Below are positions 9,764 to 18,639 of a stretch of 32,000 nucleotides of DNA, piece after piece (position 1 is the first letter of the stretch; each line of letters starts with the position of its first letter). A program made the translations under genes and the position numbers. Location: positions 429,623 through 461,622 of the forward strand of contig NC_001263.1 of the NCBI RefSeq assembly GCF_000008565.1. Reading direction: 5' to 3'. Source of the stretch: Deinococcus radiodurans R1 = ATCC 13939 = DSM 20539. Its GTDB lineage: Bacteria > Deinococcota > Deinococci > Deinococcales > Deinococcaceae. The notes below the pieces were generated by a model that saw nothing but the letters and a program-made list of their open reading frames with translations, did no database searches and was not told the DNA's origin.

Positions 9764-11089
9764 TCAGCCGATATGGCCCAGAATCAGCGGCGCGGCCGCC
9801 GGAGCCTGGGGACCGGTTTCCAGCCCCGCCCGCAGCAGCGCCTGTGCCCGCTCCAGGCCGCGCCCGCCCCGGTGGTAAAGGCGCAGGACAGCTTCGCCTG
9901 CCCCCACTGCCTCGCCGGGTTTTTTGAGCAGTTCCACGCCTACGCCGTGGTCGATGGCCTCGCCCTTGCGCTCGCGTCCCCCGCCGAGGGCCAGAACGGC
10001 GCGTCCCACACTCAGGGCGTCCACCCGGGTCACGAAGCCGCTCTGCGCGGCCAGCATCTCGGCGCGGCCTGGGGCCACGTCCAGCCGCTCAGGGTCGTCC
10101 ACGTAGCTCGGGTCGCCGCCCTGCGCGGCCACGAAGGCGCGGAATTTGGCGAGGGCACTGCCGTCGTGCAGGGTCTGCCGTGCCCTCGCCTCGGCCTGCC
10201 CGGCGTCTTCCCCGTGCGCGACCAGGGCTTCGACCGCCAGCGCGACGCACAGGTCGGTGAGGTCGCTCGGCCCCGCGCCGCGCAGAGTCGCCAGGGCTTC
10301 TTGAACTTCCAGGCTGTTGCCCGCCAGGTGACCGAGCGGCGTGTCCATTTCGGTCAGCACGGCGCGGACACGGCGCCCGGCCCGCGTGCCGATGTCCACC
10401 ATCGCCTGCGCGAGTTCGCGGCCCGCCTCTGGCGTGGTCATGAAGGCCCCGGCGCCCACCTTCACGTCGAGCACGATGGTCCGGGCCCCCGACGCCAGCT
10501 TTTTGGACATGATGGAACTGGCGATGAGCGGCAGGCACGGCACGGTGGCGGTCACGTCGCGCAGGGCGTAGAGCTTGCCGTCGGCGGGGGCGAGGTCCTT
10601 GCTTTGGCCCACCAGCGCCAGCCCAATGTCACGCGCCTGCGCCAGAAAGCGGTCCTCGGGCAGTTCAGGAGTCCAGCCGGGAATGCTCTCGAGCTTGTCG
10701 ATGGTGCCCCCGGTGTGGGCCAGCCCGCGCCCGCTCATCTTGGCGACGGTCAGGCCGAGGGCCGCGAGCATCGGCGTGAGCACCAGCGAGGTCTTGTCGC
10801 CCACGCCGCCGGTAGAGTGCTTGTCCACCGTGTCCGGCAGGGCGCCGAGGTCGAGCTGTTCGCCGCTCGCCGCCATCACCAGCGTGAGGTCGGCGGTTTC
10901 CTGCGGGGTCATGCCGCGTAGAAAAACCGCCATCAGCCACGCGCTGAGCTGGTAGTCGGGCACCTCGCCCCGGGTAAAGCCGAGCACCAGGGCTTCGAGT
11001 TCGGCGTGGGTGTGGGCGCCGCCGTCGCGCTTTTTGGCAATCAGGTCGGGAACGGCGAGCGGGGGGGAGAGGGGCGCAGTGTGGGTCAT
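9764..11089 (-). CDS. pdp: pyrimidine-nucleoside (thymidine) phosphorylase
   Basis: The sequence has IAKKRDGG...[28 protein letters not shown] and [23 protein letters not shown] chose the ATG at 11089 (MTHTAP...), which has a CACACT box 6 nt upstream; the longer ORF to 11200 lacks support. Confidence 0.9.
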   Translation of the reverse strand: MTHTAPLSPPLAVPDLIAKKRDGGAHTHAELEALVLGFTRGEVPDYQLSAWLMAVFLRGMTPQETADLTLVMAASGEQLDLGALPDTVDKHSTGGVGDKTSLVLTPMLAALGLTVAKMSGRGLAHTGGTIDKLESIPGWTPELPEDRFLAQARDIGLALVGQSKDLAPADGKLYALRDVTATVPCLPLIASSIMSKKLASGARTIVLDVKVGAGAFMTTPEAGRELAQAMVDIGTRAGRRVRAVLTEMDTPLGHLAGNSLEVQEALATLRGAGPSDLTDLCVALAVEALVAHGEDAGQAEARARQTLHDGSALAKFRAFVAAQGGDPSYVDDPERLDVAPGRAEMLAAQSGFVTRVDALSVGRAVLALGGGRERKGEAIDHGVGVELLKKPGEAVGAGEAVLRLYHRGGRGLERAQALLRAGLETGPQAPAAAPLILGHIG

Positions 11090-11135
11090 GGCCCGAGTGT
11101 GCCAGAGAACGGGCATGACCGACAGGGGCCGTCCA

Positions 11136-11164
11136 ATGACACCTTCACCTTGACCGTTTACACT
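11136..11164 (+). promoter_or_regulatory. sigma70-like promoter of the glycosyltransferase gene (-35 ATGACA, 17-nt spacer, -10 TACACT)
   Basis: ATGACA lies at 11136-11141 and TACACT at 11159-11164. The GTG start at 11175 is 10 nt downstream, so the leader would be very short. Confidence 0.5.
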
Positions 11165-11174
11165 CCACCTGACT

Positions 11175-12362
11175 GTGCGTATCGGAATCGTGACTGCCAC
11201 CTACCTGCCGTCCCGCAATGGGGTGGCGACGAGTACTGCGCTGTTTGTCCAGGGCCTGCGCGAACGGGGCCACGAGGTGCGGGTCTTCGCGCCGCGTCAC
11301 CCGCAGGCCTCCGGCGACGCCGAGCCGGGCGTGTACCGCCTCAACGCGTCCTTTGCCGGGGCGCAGGCGCTCGGGGCGCCCGCCGATTACCCGGTGATGC
11401 TCGCCCCTGGGCCGCTGCTCTCGGCGCGCTTGCCGCTGCGGGGTGTGGACGTGTGGCACACCATGCATCCCTTTCTGGCGGGGCAACTCGCGCTGAGATG
11501 GGGGCGGCTCTCGCACGCGCCGGTCGTGTACACCGCGCACACCCAGTACGACGAGTACATCCACTACGCGCCGCTGCCGTCCAAGGTCAGTCGCGCCATG
11601 ATTCACCCCCACGTCTCGGCGCTCGCCCGGCGGATGGACGCGGTGCTTGCCCCTGGCCGGGCGATGGTGGACATGCTGCGGCGCTACGGCTACGGCGGCG
11701 AAATCGAGCTGTTGCCCAACCCGGTCAAACTCGCGTCGTTCCTGGGGGTGAGCGGCGACGCCTTCCGCGCCGAGTTCGGGATTCCGCAGGACGCGCCGCT
11801 GGTGGTGTACCTGGGCCGGCTGGCGCCCGAGAAGAATCTGGACACCATGCTCGCCGCCTTTGCCCAGGCCCGGACGCGGCGCCCCGAGCTGCGAATGCTG
11901 GTCGTGGGCGACGGCCCCGGACGCGAGGACGCGGAGGCGGGGGCGCCGGAGGGCGTGACCTTCACCGGCGCGGTGCCCTACGTTCGCGTGCCGGAAGCGC
12001 TCGCCGCCGCCGACGCTTTCCTGACCGCGAGCACGAGTGAGGTGCTGCCGATGTCCATGATCGAGGCCCTCGCCGCCGGGGCCCCGCTGGTCGCCGCCCA
12101 CAGCCCCGCCGCGCTCGACCTGATTGCCGAGGGCCACAACGGCACCGTGCGCGAGCCGACGCCTGAGGCGCTGGCGACCGGCCTGCTGCAAGTGCTCGCT
12201 CCCGCCACCTTGCCTCGAATGCAGCACGAAGCCCGCGAAAGTGCCCGCCAGTACGACTTGCCGGTGCGGGCGCAGGCGCTGGAAGAGGTCTATGAACGGG
12301 TCATTGCGGCGCGGCGCGGCAAGGGAGCGCCTTCCCGATTTTTCCGGTCTGCCAGCCGGTAA
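11175..12362 (+). CDS. glycosyltransferase family 4 (GT-B fold, glycosyl transferase group 1)
   Basis: The N-terminus is [20 protein letters not shown]. The C-terminal half has the EX7E-type region ([19 protein letters not shown]) typical of GT4 enzymes. Confidence 0.8.
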   Translation: MRIGIVTATYLPSRNGVATSTALFVQGLRERGHEVRVFAPRHPQASGDAEPGVYRLNASFAGAQALGAPADYPVMLAPGPLLSARLPLRGVDVWHTMHPFLAGQLALRWGRLSHAPVVYTAHTQYDEYIHYAPLPSKVSRAMIHPHVSALARRMDAVLAPGRAMVDMLRRYGYGGEIELLPNPVKLASFLGVSGDAFRAEFGIPQDAPLVVYLGRLAPEKNLDTMLAAFAQARTRRPELRMLVVGDGPGREDAEAGAPEGVTFTGAVPYVRVPEALAAADAFLTASTSEVLPMSMIEALAAGAPLVAAHSPAALDLIAEGHNGTVREPTPEALATGLLQVLAPATLPRMQHEARESARQYDLPVRAQALEEVYERVIAARRGKGAPSRFFRSASR

Positions 12363-12400
12363 ACGCCATTTGGCAGATGCGGGCGCGGAGGGCTGACGCC

Positions 12401-12406
12401 TAGCCT
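12401..12406 (+). promoter_or_regulatory. -10 box TAGCCT, 6 nt upstream of the ATG at 12413 (leaderless-type)
   Basis: The sequence reads cgccTAGCCTgagcgcATG. That ATG is out of frame with ORF 12481..13056 (see findings). Confidence 0.4.
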
Positions 12407-12480
12407 GAGCGCATGAACCACCTTCACCTTTTGAATGCTGGGGAGCAGTTCTCGCCCGAGCTGGCCGTCAGCTGCGTGCG

Positions 12481-13056
12481 GTGGTGGAAAAAGCTCTGGC
12501 CCGCTTCGCCACTGAGCTCGACCTGGACGGCGTAGACGTGGTGCTGATGTCGAGCACCTTCACCCTGCCGGAAACCGGAGTGCATGGGTACGCGCCCAAT
12601 GCCCATCAGGTGGACCTGAGCGTGACGCCCGGTAGCCCTGCCTTTCAGCGACTCTGGCTGACCGAAGTGCCCGCCACCCTCGCCCACGAACTGCACCACG
12701 TCCGGCGCTGGCGGGGGCCGGGCTACGGCAAAACTCTGCTGGAAGCGTTGGTCAGCGAAGGACTGGCGCAGCATTTCGAGGCTGGCTATCGGGGCGAATC
12801 GCCCATTTACGCGCAACCGACGATGGACCTGGCCGCGTTGTGGGAGAGGGCACAGCCCCAGCTTTCCGCACCGCATGACCACGCCGCGTGGTTTTTCGGC
12901 TCGCCGGCGCAGGATTTTCCGCGTTGGGGTGGCTACGCCCTGGGCTACGAACTCGTCCGCCGCTTTTTCGCCGCGCAGGGCGGGGACGCGGTCAGCCACG
13001 CCAACACGCCCGCCTCGGCGTTCGAGGGGGCGTGGTGGGTGTCCTGTCTTACCTGA
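12481..13056 (+). CDS. putative Zn-dependent protease-like protein (HExxH, DUF2268-like); the true start may be ATG 12413 across a frameshift
   Basis: 191-aa ORF with LAHELHHVRRW. I see no SD or -10 box in front of the GTG at 12481. The upstream ORF fragment MNHLHLLNAGEQFSPELAV joins naturally to QLRAVVEKALARF with a 1-nt shift. Confidence 0.6.
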   Translation: MVEKALARFATELDLDGVDVVLMSSTFTLPETGVHGYAPNAHQVDLSVTPGSPAFQRLWLTEVPATLAHELHHVRRWRGPGYGKTLLEALVSEGLAQHFEAGYRGESPIYAQPTMDLAALWERAQPQLSAPHDHAAWFFGSPAQDFPRWGGYALGYELVRRFFAAQGGDAVSHANTPASAFEGAWWVSCLT

Positions 13057-13368
13057 TCAGTTGTCGCTGCTCAGCAACACGTCGTGGACTTCGAGCACCG
13101 GGCGCCCGGTGAAGGCGTCGTGGGGGAGGCTGCCGCTGCGGGCGTGGCCCTGCTTGAACTCGTCGGACTCGGTCCAGGCGCGGAAGGAGGGCTCGTCCTG
13201 CCAGTAGGTCAGCACGATGTAGGGGTCGCCGGGCTTGGTGGGCTTGAGCACTTCGTTGCGGATAAAGCCGGGCATGCCGTCCACCAAGCCGGCGCGGTTG
13301 CGAAAGCTTTCCTCGAACTGGGCGGCAAACTCCGGCTTGACGCCGATGCGGTTCATGACGGTAATCAT
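13057..13368 (-). CDS. antibiotic biosynthesis monooxygenase (ABM) family, IsdG-like heme-degrading monooxygenase
   Basis: 103 aa with MITVMNRI (N-terminal Asn). The W and H in YWQDEPSFRAWTESDEFKQGHA are spaced as in the IsdG/HmoA catalytic triad. Confidence 0.65.
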   Translation of the reverse strand: MITVMNRIGVKPEFAAQFEESFRNRAGLVDGMPGFIRNEVLKPTKPGDPYIVLTYWQDEPSFRAWTESDEFKQGHARSGSLPHDAFTGRPVLEVHDVLLSSDN

Positions 13369-13374
13369 GGGGTC

Positions 13375-13380
13375 AGTTTA
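13375..13380 (-). promoter_or_regulatory. -10 box TAAACT, 6 nt upstream of the ABM gene ATG (leaderless-type)
   Basis: The minus strand reads ggTAAACTgaccccATG. Confidence 0.45.
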
Positions 13381-13407
13381 CCTCTCGGTCAGGAGGACAA
13401 TGTCACA

Positions 13408-13992
13408 TTAGATTTCTTGCAAGGGCCGCTCGGCCAGCCACCCAGGAACCTCGTGGGAGGCGTAGGTATCGAAATACAGCTCCTTGAGGCTCATCAGCGG
13501 GTAGCCCGAGAGCGGCCCGGTCTGCTGGCGGCGGTCAATGATGCAGCACAGGCCGATGCACTGGCCGCCCTGGCCTTCGACCGCCCGCACGGCGCGGAGC
13601 AGGCTGCCCCCGGTGGTGAGCACGTCTTCGACCGCCACGAAGGTTTCACCGGGCCGTACGGCGAACGCCTCGCGCAGCTTCATGCCGCCGGAGCCGTCCT
13701 TCTCGGCAAAAATCGCCCGCACGTCGGGGAGCGTTTCCGAAAGCTGCCGGGCGACCTCGTAGGCGAGTGTCACGCCACCCATCGCCGGGCCGACGATGAA
13801 ATCGGGTTTCAGGCCCGCGTCCAGAATCTTTTGGCTCATCAGGCCGCCGAGTTCCATCAGGGCGCGGGGGTGCTGAAGCAGGGTGGTGGACTGCATGAAG
13901 TACGGCGACTGCCGCCCGCTCGCCAGCAGAAAACGGCCCTCGTGAAAGGCGCCGGCCTGTTTGTAGAGGTCAAGAACGTCGGTCTGGCTCAT
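13408..13992 (-). CDS. pyrE: orotate phosphoribosyltransferase
   Basis: The sequence has FHEGRFLLASGRQSPYFMQ and the PRPP-binding loop FVAVEDVLTTGGS. I chose the ATG at 13992 (MSQTDV...) over the longer ORF. Confidence 0.9.
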   Translation of the reverse strand: MSQTDVLDLYKQAGAFHEGRFLLASGRQSPYFMQSTTLLQHPRALMELGGLMSQKILDAGLKPDFIVGPAMGGVTLAYEVARQLSETLPDVRAIFAEKDGSGGMKLREAFAVRPGETFVAVEDVLTTGGSLLRAVRAVEGQGGQCIGLCCIIDRRQQTGPLSGYPLMSLKELYFDTYASHEVPGWLAERPLQEI

Positions 13993-13998
13993 GGGGGC

Positions 13999-14004
13999 AG
14001 TATC
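13999..14004 (-). promoter_or_regulatory. -10-like box GATACT, 6 nt upstream of the pyrE ATG
   Basis: The minus strand reads gcGATACTgcccccATG. Confidence 0.35.
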
Positions 14005-14028
14005 GCACTTGCCTGCCGGCACTTGAGG

Positions 14029-14034
14029 CACAAT
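14029..14034 (+). promoter_or_regulatory. -10-like box CACAAT, 5 nt upstream of the ATG at 14040
   Basis: The sequence reads ggCACAATgccccATG. It is divergent from pyrE within a 47-bp intergenic region. Confidence 0.35.
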
Positions 14035-14039
14035 GCCCC

Positions 14040-14249
14040 ATGGACACGCCGCGCCGCCCCGCCGACCCTGCCCCGCACGCCACCCGGGTGCGCCGCCGGC
14101 TGCTCGGCATCCCGCTCACCGAACTCGCGCAGGCCGCGCAGGTCACGCCCGAACTGCTCGCCGCCATCGAACGCGGTGAGGCGTCGCCGGAGAACCTGCA
14201 CCTGTACGGGCGACAGACCCTCTCCAAGTTGTTGGACCTCGACCTGTAG
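14040..14249 (+). CDS. small helix-turn-helix (XRE-like) protein
   Basis: 69 aa. RVRRRLLGIPLTELAQAAQVTPELLAAIERGE fits the XRE HTH pattern. Confidence 0.55.
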   Translation: MDTPRRPADPAPHATRVRRRLLGIPLTELAQAAQVTPELLAAIERGEASPENLHLYGRQTLSKLLDLDL

Positions 14250-14303
14250 TTTCCCTTTCTTCCCGCTTCGTTCCGCGCCGGTCCAGAGGAGGATGTGGCC
14301 TGC

Positions 14304-15035
14304 ATGAACCATGCTTTTGTAGACGCCAGCTGGCAGGAACAACCCGACGGGCGCGGTCTCGGCGGCTGGGGCCTGGTGCTGCTCACGCCGGGCAAGCTGC
14401 CCGCCCGGCACCAGGGGCAACTCGACGCGCCCGACAACAACGCTGCCGAGTTGCGGGCGGTACTCGAAGCGGTCCGGGCGGCCCCGGCAGGCGAGGCGCT
14501 CACCGTCCACACCGACAACCAGACCGTGATTGCCTGTGTGGCGCGGGGTCGGGGGCCATTTCTGCTCTCCGAACTGACCCAGGAAGTGCAGGCCGAGGCC
14601 GGACAGCGCGGCGTGGCGCTGCGGGCGGTCTACGCCCCGCGCACCCGCCGCCACATGCTGACCGCCCACGACCTCGCCAATGACGCCCGCAAAGGCAGCA
14701 CGACGCCGGGGCAACTGCTGCCGCACGCCGACGTGCTCATCGAGCAGCGCCCCGCCCTCCCCGAGGCCCGCGTGAGCCTGCGCCGCAGCGGGGAGCGGGT
14801 GTCGGCGTTGGTGCCGCTCGACCCGTTGTCCGAAACACCGCCGAGTGCCCAGGCGCTGCTCGCCGCCGTGACCCTCGCCCAGCCCGGCGAGCGGCTGCTC
14901 GTCCGCCGCGCCAGCAAAATCGCCCAGGCCCTCTGGCAGCGGCCCGAACGCGCCCTGCTGCCCGCCGCGCACGCCCGGCTCGCCCAGGCCCGCGCTCAGG
15001 CCGAGGCGTCGGGAGTAGAGGTGGAGTTTTTGTAA
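14304..15035 (+). CDS. RNase H-like domain protein with a roughly 100-aa C-terminal extension of unknown function
   Basis: DEDD-type pattern: FVDASW, NNAAELRAVLEAV, VHTDNQTVI, HDLANDARK. The ATG at 14304 lies 11 nt after GGAGGA; an in-frame GTG at 14295 is an alternative start. Confidence 0.65.
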   Translation: MNHAFVDASWQEQPDGRGLGGWGLVLLTPGKLPARHQGQLDAPDNNAAELRAVLEAVRAAPAGEALTVHTDNQTVIACVARGRGPFLLSELTQEVQAEAGQRGVALRAVYAPRTRRHMLTAHDLANDARKGSTTPGQLLPHADVLIEQRPALPEARVSLRRSGERVSALVPLDPLSETPPSAQALLAAVTLAQPGERLLVRRASKIAQALWQRPERALLPAAHARLAQARAQAEASGVEVEFL

Positions 15036-15081
15036 TCTTGGTTTTGCTGCTGCGCTTGGCTGAAGTCCCAGTGCTTGCGCT

Positions 15082-15087
15082 TATTCT
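15082..15087 (+). promoter_or_regulatory. -10 box TATTCT, 6 nt upstream of the PIG-L deacetylase ATG (leaderless-type)
   Basis: The sequence reads gcgctTATTCTgcccgcATG (ATG at 15094). Confidence 0.5.
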
Positions 15088-15093
15088 GCCCGC

Positions 15094-15939
15094 ATGACTT
15101 CCTCCAGCACCCCTGCCCCACGCGCGACTCTGCTCGTCATCTTTGCCCACCCCGACGACGAAGCCTTCAGCGTGGGCGGCACCCTGACCCACTACGCCCG
15201 CCAGGGGGTGCGGGTGGTCCTCGCCTGCGCCACCCGCGGCGAGGCGGGCAAAATCACCGTGCCCGGCATGACGGTGGACGACCTCGGGGCCCAGCGCGAG
15301 CAGGAGTTGCGCGAGGCCTGCCGCGCCCTGGAGATTGAGCCGCCGGTCTTTCTGGACTACCACGACTCGGGCCGCTACGAGCGCACCCGCCACGACGACC
15401 CCACCGCCCTGATGAACGTCAACCCGCTGGACGCAGAAGTCAAACTCCGCGCCCTGATCGAGGACGTGCAGCCGCAGGTCATCGTGACCTTCGACCCGCA
15501 CGGCGCTTACGGGCATGTGGATCACCTCCAGATGCACCGCGCGACCGTCGCCGCCTTTTTCAGCACCGGGCACCTGCCCTCCGGCGGCCCGCAGCGCCTG
15601 TACTACACCGCCATGACCCACCAGGCCGCTGCCCAGATTTCGCGCCTGGGCCACGACCAGTCCCTCGACCCCCTCGTCTACGGCGTCTCCGACTCCACCC
15701 TCGCCGTCACGATGGACGTGGGCGCCTACGCCGAGAACAAGAAGGCCGCCCTCGCCGCGCACGGCACCCAGATGGGCGAAACCAGCTTGATGGGCCGCCT
15801 GTCGCCCGACGAACGCGCCGCGCTGGAAGAGCGGATGCTCGGCAAAGAGAGCTTCAGCATCGGCGGCACCCGCACAGCGATTCGGGAGTACCCGCTGCGG
15901 GGGCTGTTTGATGGGGTGGGGGTTGAGGGGTTGGTTTGA
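15094..15939 (+). CDS. PIG-L / LmbE family N-acetylglucosaminyl deacetylase
   Basis: LVIFAHPDDEAF zinc-binding motif and a downstream HVDH motif (GAYGHVDHLQMH). Confidence 0.8.
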   Translation: MTSSSTPAPRATLLVIFAHPDDEAFSVGGTLTHYARQGVRVVLACATRGEAGKITVPGMTVDDLGAQREQELREACRALEIEPPVFLDYHDSGRYERTRHDDPTALMNVNPLDAEVKLRALIEDVQPQVIVTFDPHGAYGHVDHLQMHRATVAAFFSTGHLPSGGPQRLYYTAMTHQAAAQISRLGHDQSLDPLVYGVSDSTLAVTMDVGAYAENKKAALAAHGTQMGETSLMGRLSPDERAALEERMLGKESFSIGGTRTAIREYPLRGLFDGVGVEGLV

Positions 15940-15955
15940 GCTGAGTTGGTCTGGG

Positions 15956-16055
15956 GGCCCTCTCTGCAAGCAGCTCTGCGAGTCACCCCTTGCCTGCGAC
16001 AAGGCCCTCTCTGCTCCGCAGCTCTCCGAGTCCCGCAAGGGGAGAGGGTCAAAAA
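15956..16055. repeat. small noncoding repeat (SNR-like) copy with internal direct and inverted repeats
   Basis: GGCCCTCTCTGC occurs twice (15956, 16003). CCCCTTGC (15986-15993) pairs with GCAAGGGG (16035-16042). The 18-nt core CAAGGGGAGAGGGTCAAA (16036-16053) is identical to 25239-25256. Confidence 0.7.
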
Positions 16056-16057
16056 GA

Positions 16058-16307
16058 GGCTTGAGCTTTAGCTTTTTTCGATGCCGCCCCCGAAAAATCG
16101 TGAAAACGCAGAACGGAAGGGCCGTCGGGCGCGTCAGCGCACGGGCCTCGCGTCTGCCGAAATCACGAGACTCCAGACCAACCTACGCACTTGAGAAATG
16201 CCGCCCGCTAAGCGACATCACCGCCATGTGCACAGCGCCAGCGTTAAGCCCCTGTCCCCTCTGGGGATAGGGGTTTGGGGTTGGGGCCAAAAGCTAAAGC
16301 TCCAGCC
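16058..16307. repeat. MITE-like noncoding element bounded by 19-bp terminal inverted repeats
   Basis: GGCTTGAGCTTTAGCTTTT (16058-16076) matches the reverse complement of 16289-16307 (GGCTGGAGCTTTAGCTTTT) at 18 of 19 positions. The interior has no credible ORF. Confidence 0.6.
16263..16286 (+). other. canonical G-quadruplex-forming motif G4-ATA-G4-TTT-G4-TT-G4
   Basis: Direct reading gives GGGGATAGGGGTTTGGGGTTGGGG. Confidence 0.7.
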
Positions 16308-16313
16308 CCCGCA

Positions 16314-17663
<1,350 letters not shown>

Positions 17664-17670
17664 GGGGAAC

Positions 17671-17676
17671 AGGGTA
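17671..17676 (-). promoter_or_regulatory. -10 box TACCCT, 7 nt upstream of the glnA ATG (leaderless-type)
   Basis: The minus strand reads ctcTACCCTgttccccATG. Confidence 0.45.
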
Positions 17677-17739
17677 GAGGGTCAGGCGCGGCGGGGGAAA
17701 GACCGATCCGACCTTGCCCCCGCCGCCCGCTTGTTCTCT

Positions 17740-18138
17740 TTACCAATGCCGCGTATCGCTGTCCGGCTCCTCGGCGAGCAGCCACAGCATCCGCCCCTGC
17801 TCGCCGACGTTTTGCTGGGCGTCGAGCAGCGCGCTCTCGAGTTGGGCGCTGAGTTGCCGGTTGCGGCGGCGAAACACGTCGTAGTCGCACAGCACCAGCG
17901 CGAAGCGGGGCGGGCGCTGTTCGGGGTCGGTCAGCACGTCGTAGAGCGCGTCCCAGTTGCGCCCGAACGAATGCGTGAGGCCCAGCCCCGAGAGAAAAGC
18001 CAGCATCAGCGCTTCTTTATCGCGCACGCCGGTCAGCACCACCTCGCGCACCGACACCTGATGTCCGGCGGCGAGCATGCGGATTTCGTGGGGGGCCTGC
18101 TGCAACCCGGCGGGGGGGTGGGCGAAGACGTTCATCAT
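17740..18138 (-). CDS. barstar-like ribonuclease inhibitor
   Basis: FGRNWDALYDVLTD matches the barstar core (G.N.DAL.D.L). The ATG at 18136-18138 overlaps the TGA (18135-18137) of the upstream RNase gene. Confidence 0.75.
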   Translation of the reverse strand: MMNVFAHPPAGLQQAPHEIRMLAAGHQVSVREVVLTGVRDKEALMLAFLSGLGLTHSFGRNWDALYDVLTDPEQRPPRFALVLCDYDVFRRRNRQLSAQLESALLDAQQNVGEQGRMLWLLAEEPDSDTRHW

Positions 18139-18632
18139 GGCCGGATTCTCCTGAAACTGGCGTAGTGGTCGGCGGTGTAGTAGCACTCGGCGGTGTTCGT
18201 GACCGGCTGCCCGCCGCACACGACGCGGCGCGCGCCCCGGTCGGATTCGCCGGGCGTCCGGACGGTGTACTCGCGGTAATACCCCCGCGCCTGCTGGGGC
18301 AAAATCCCCTCGCGGTTGCCGAAAGTCACGCCGTCCTTACTGTAGCGGAAGGGGCCGCCCCTGGCGATCAGCGTCAGCAGCTGCTGGCCTTCAGGCGGGA
18401 GCTGCGCGACGTTGACAAAGGCCAGGCCACTCAGCGGGTCACGGGCCGGGCGGCGGCTGGCAGATGGGCGGCTGGCGGGCGGAGTTGCGGGAATGCTGGA
18501 GACGCTGGCGCTGCTCTGCGTCCGTGGTTGGCCGGTCTGAGTCTGGCCGGTCTGAGTCTGGCCGCTCTGGGCCGAGCAGGAGGGCAAGAAGACCGCGAGG
18601 AGCAGCAGCGGCATGCGCAGGGGCGAAGTCAT
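18135..18632 (-). CDS. secreted guanyl-specific ribonuclease, RNase Sa / barnase (N1/T1) family, with a lipoprotein-like signal
   Basis: The C-terminal domain LPPEGQQLLTLIARGGPFRYSKDGVTFGNREGILPQQARGYYREYTVRTPGESDRGARRVVCG...YYTADHYASFRRI aligns by eye with RNase Sa, including the catalytic E, R and H. The signal is MTSPLRMPLLLLAVFLPSC. The ATG at 18632 is supported by a TACACT box. Confidence 0.85.
   Translation of the reverse strand: MTSPLRMPLLLLAVFLPSCSAQSGQTQTGQTQTGQPRTQSSASVSSIPATPPASRPSASRRPARDPLSGLAFVNVAQLPPEGQQLLTLIARGGPFRYSKDGVTFGNREGILPQQARGYYREYTVRTPGESDRGARRVVCGGQPVTNTAECYYTADHYASFRRIRP
18530..18572. repeat. 15-bp tandem repeat (about 2.8 copies) encoding a QTQTG pentapeptide repeat in the RNase linker
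   Basis: GGCCGGTCTGAGTCT occurs twice, then a degenerate GGCCGCTCTGGGC. Confidence 0.8.
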
Positions 18633-18639
18633 GCGCCGC

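Noticed and set aside
11090-11200. 37-codon N-terminal extension of the nucleoside phosphorylase ORF
   Set aside because: Homology starts at MTHTAP... (ATG 11089), which has a -10-like box 6 nt upstream. The extension would also overlap the divergent GT4 promoter and start.
15908-16270. 120-aa plus-strand ORF in the PIG-L/glnA intergenic region
   Set aside because: It spans two different repeat elements, overlaps the PIG-L 3' end, is Cys/Arg/Ser-rich and has no start signals.
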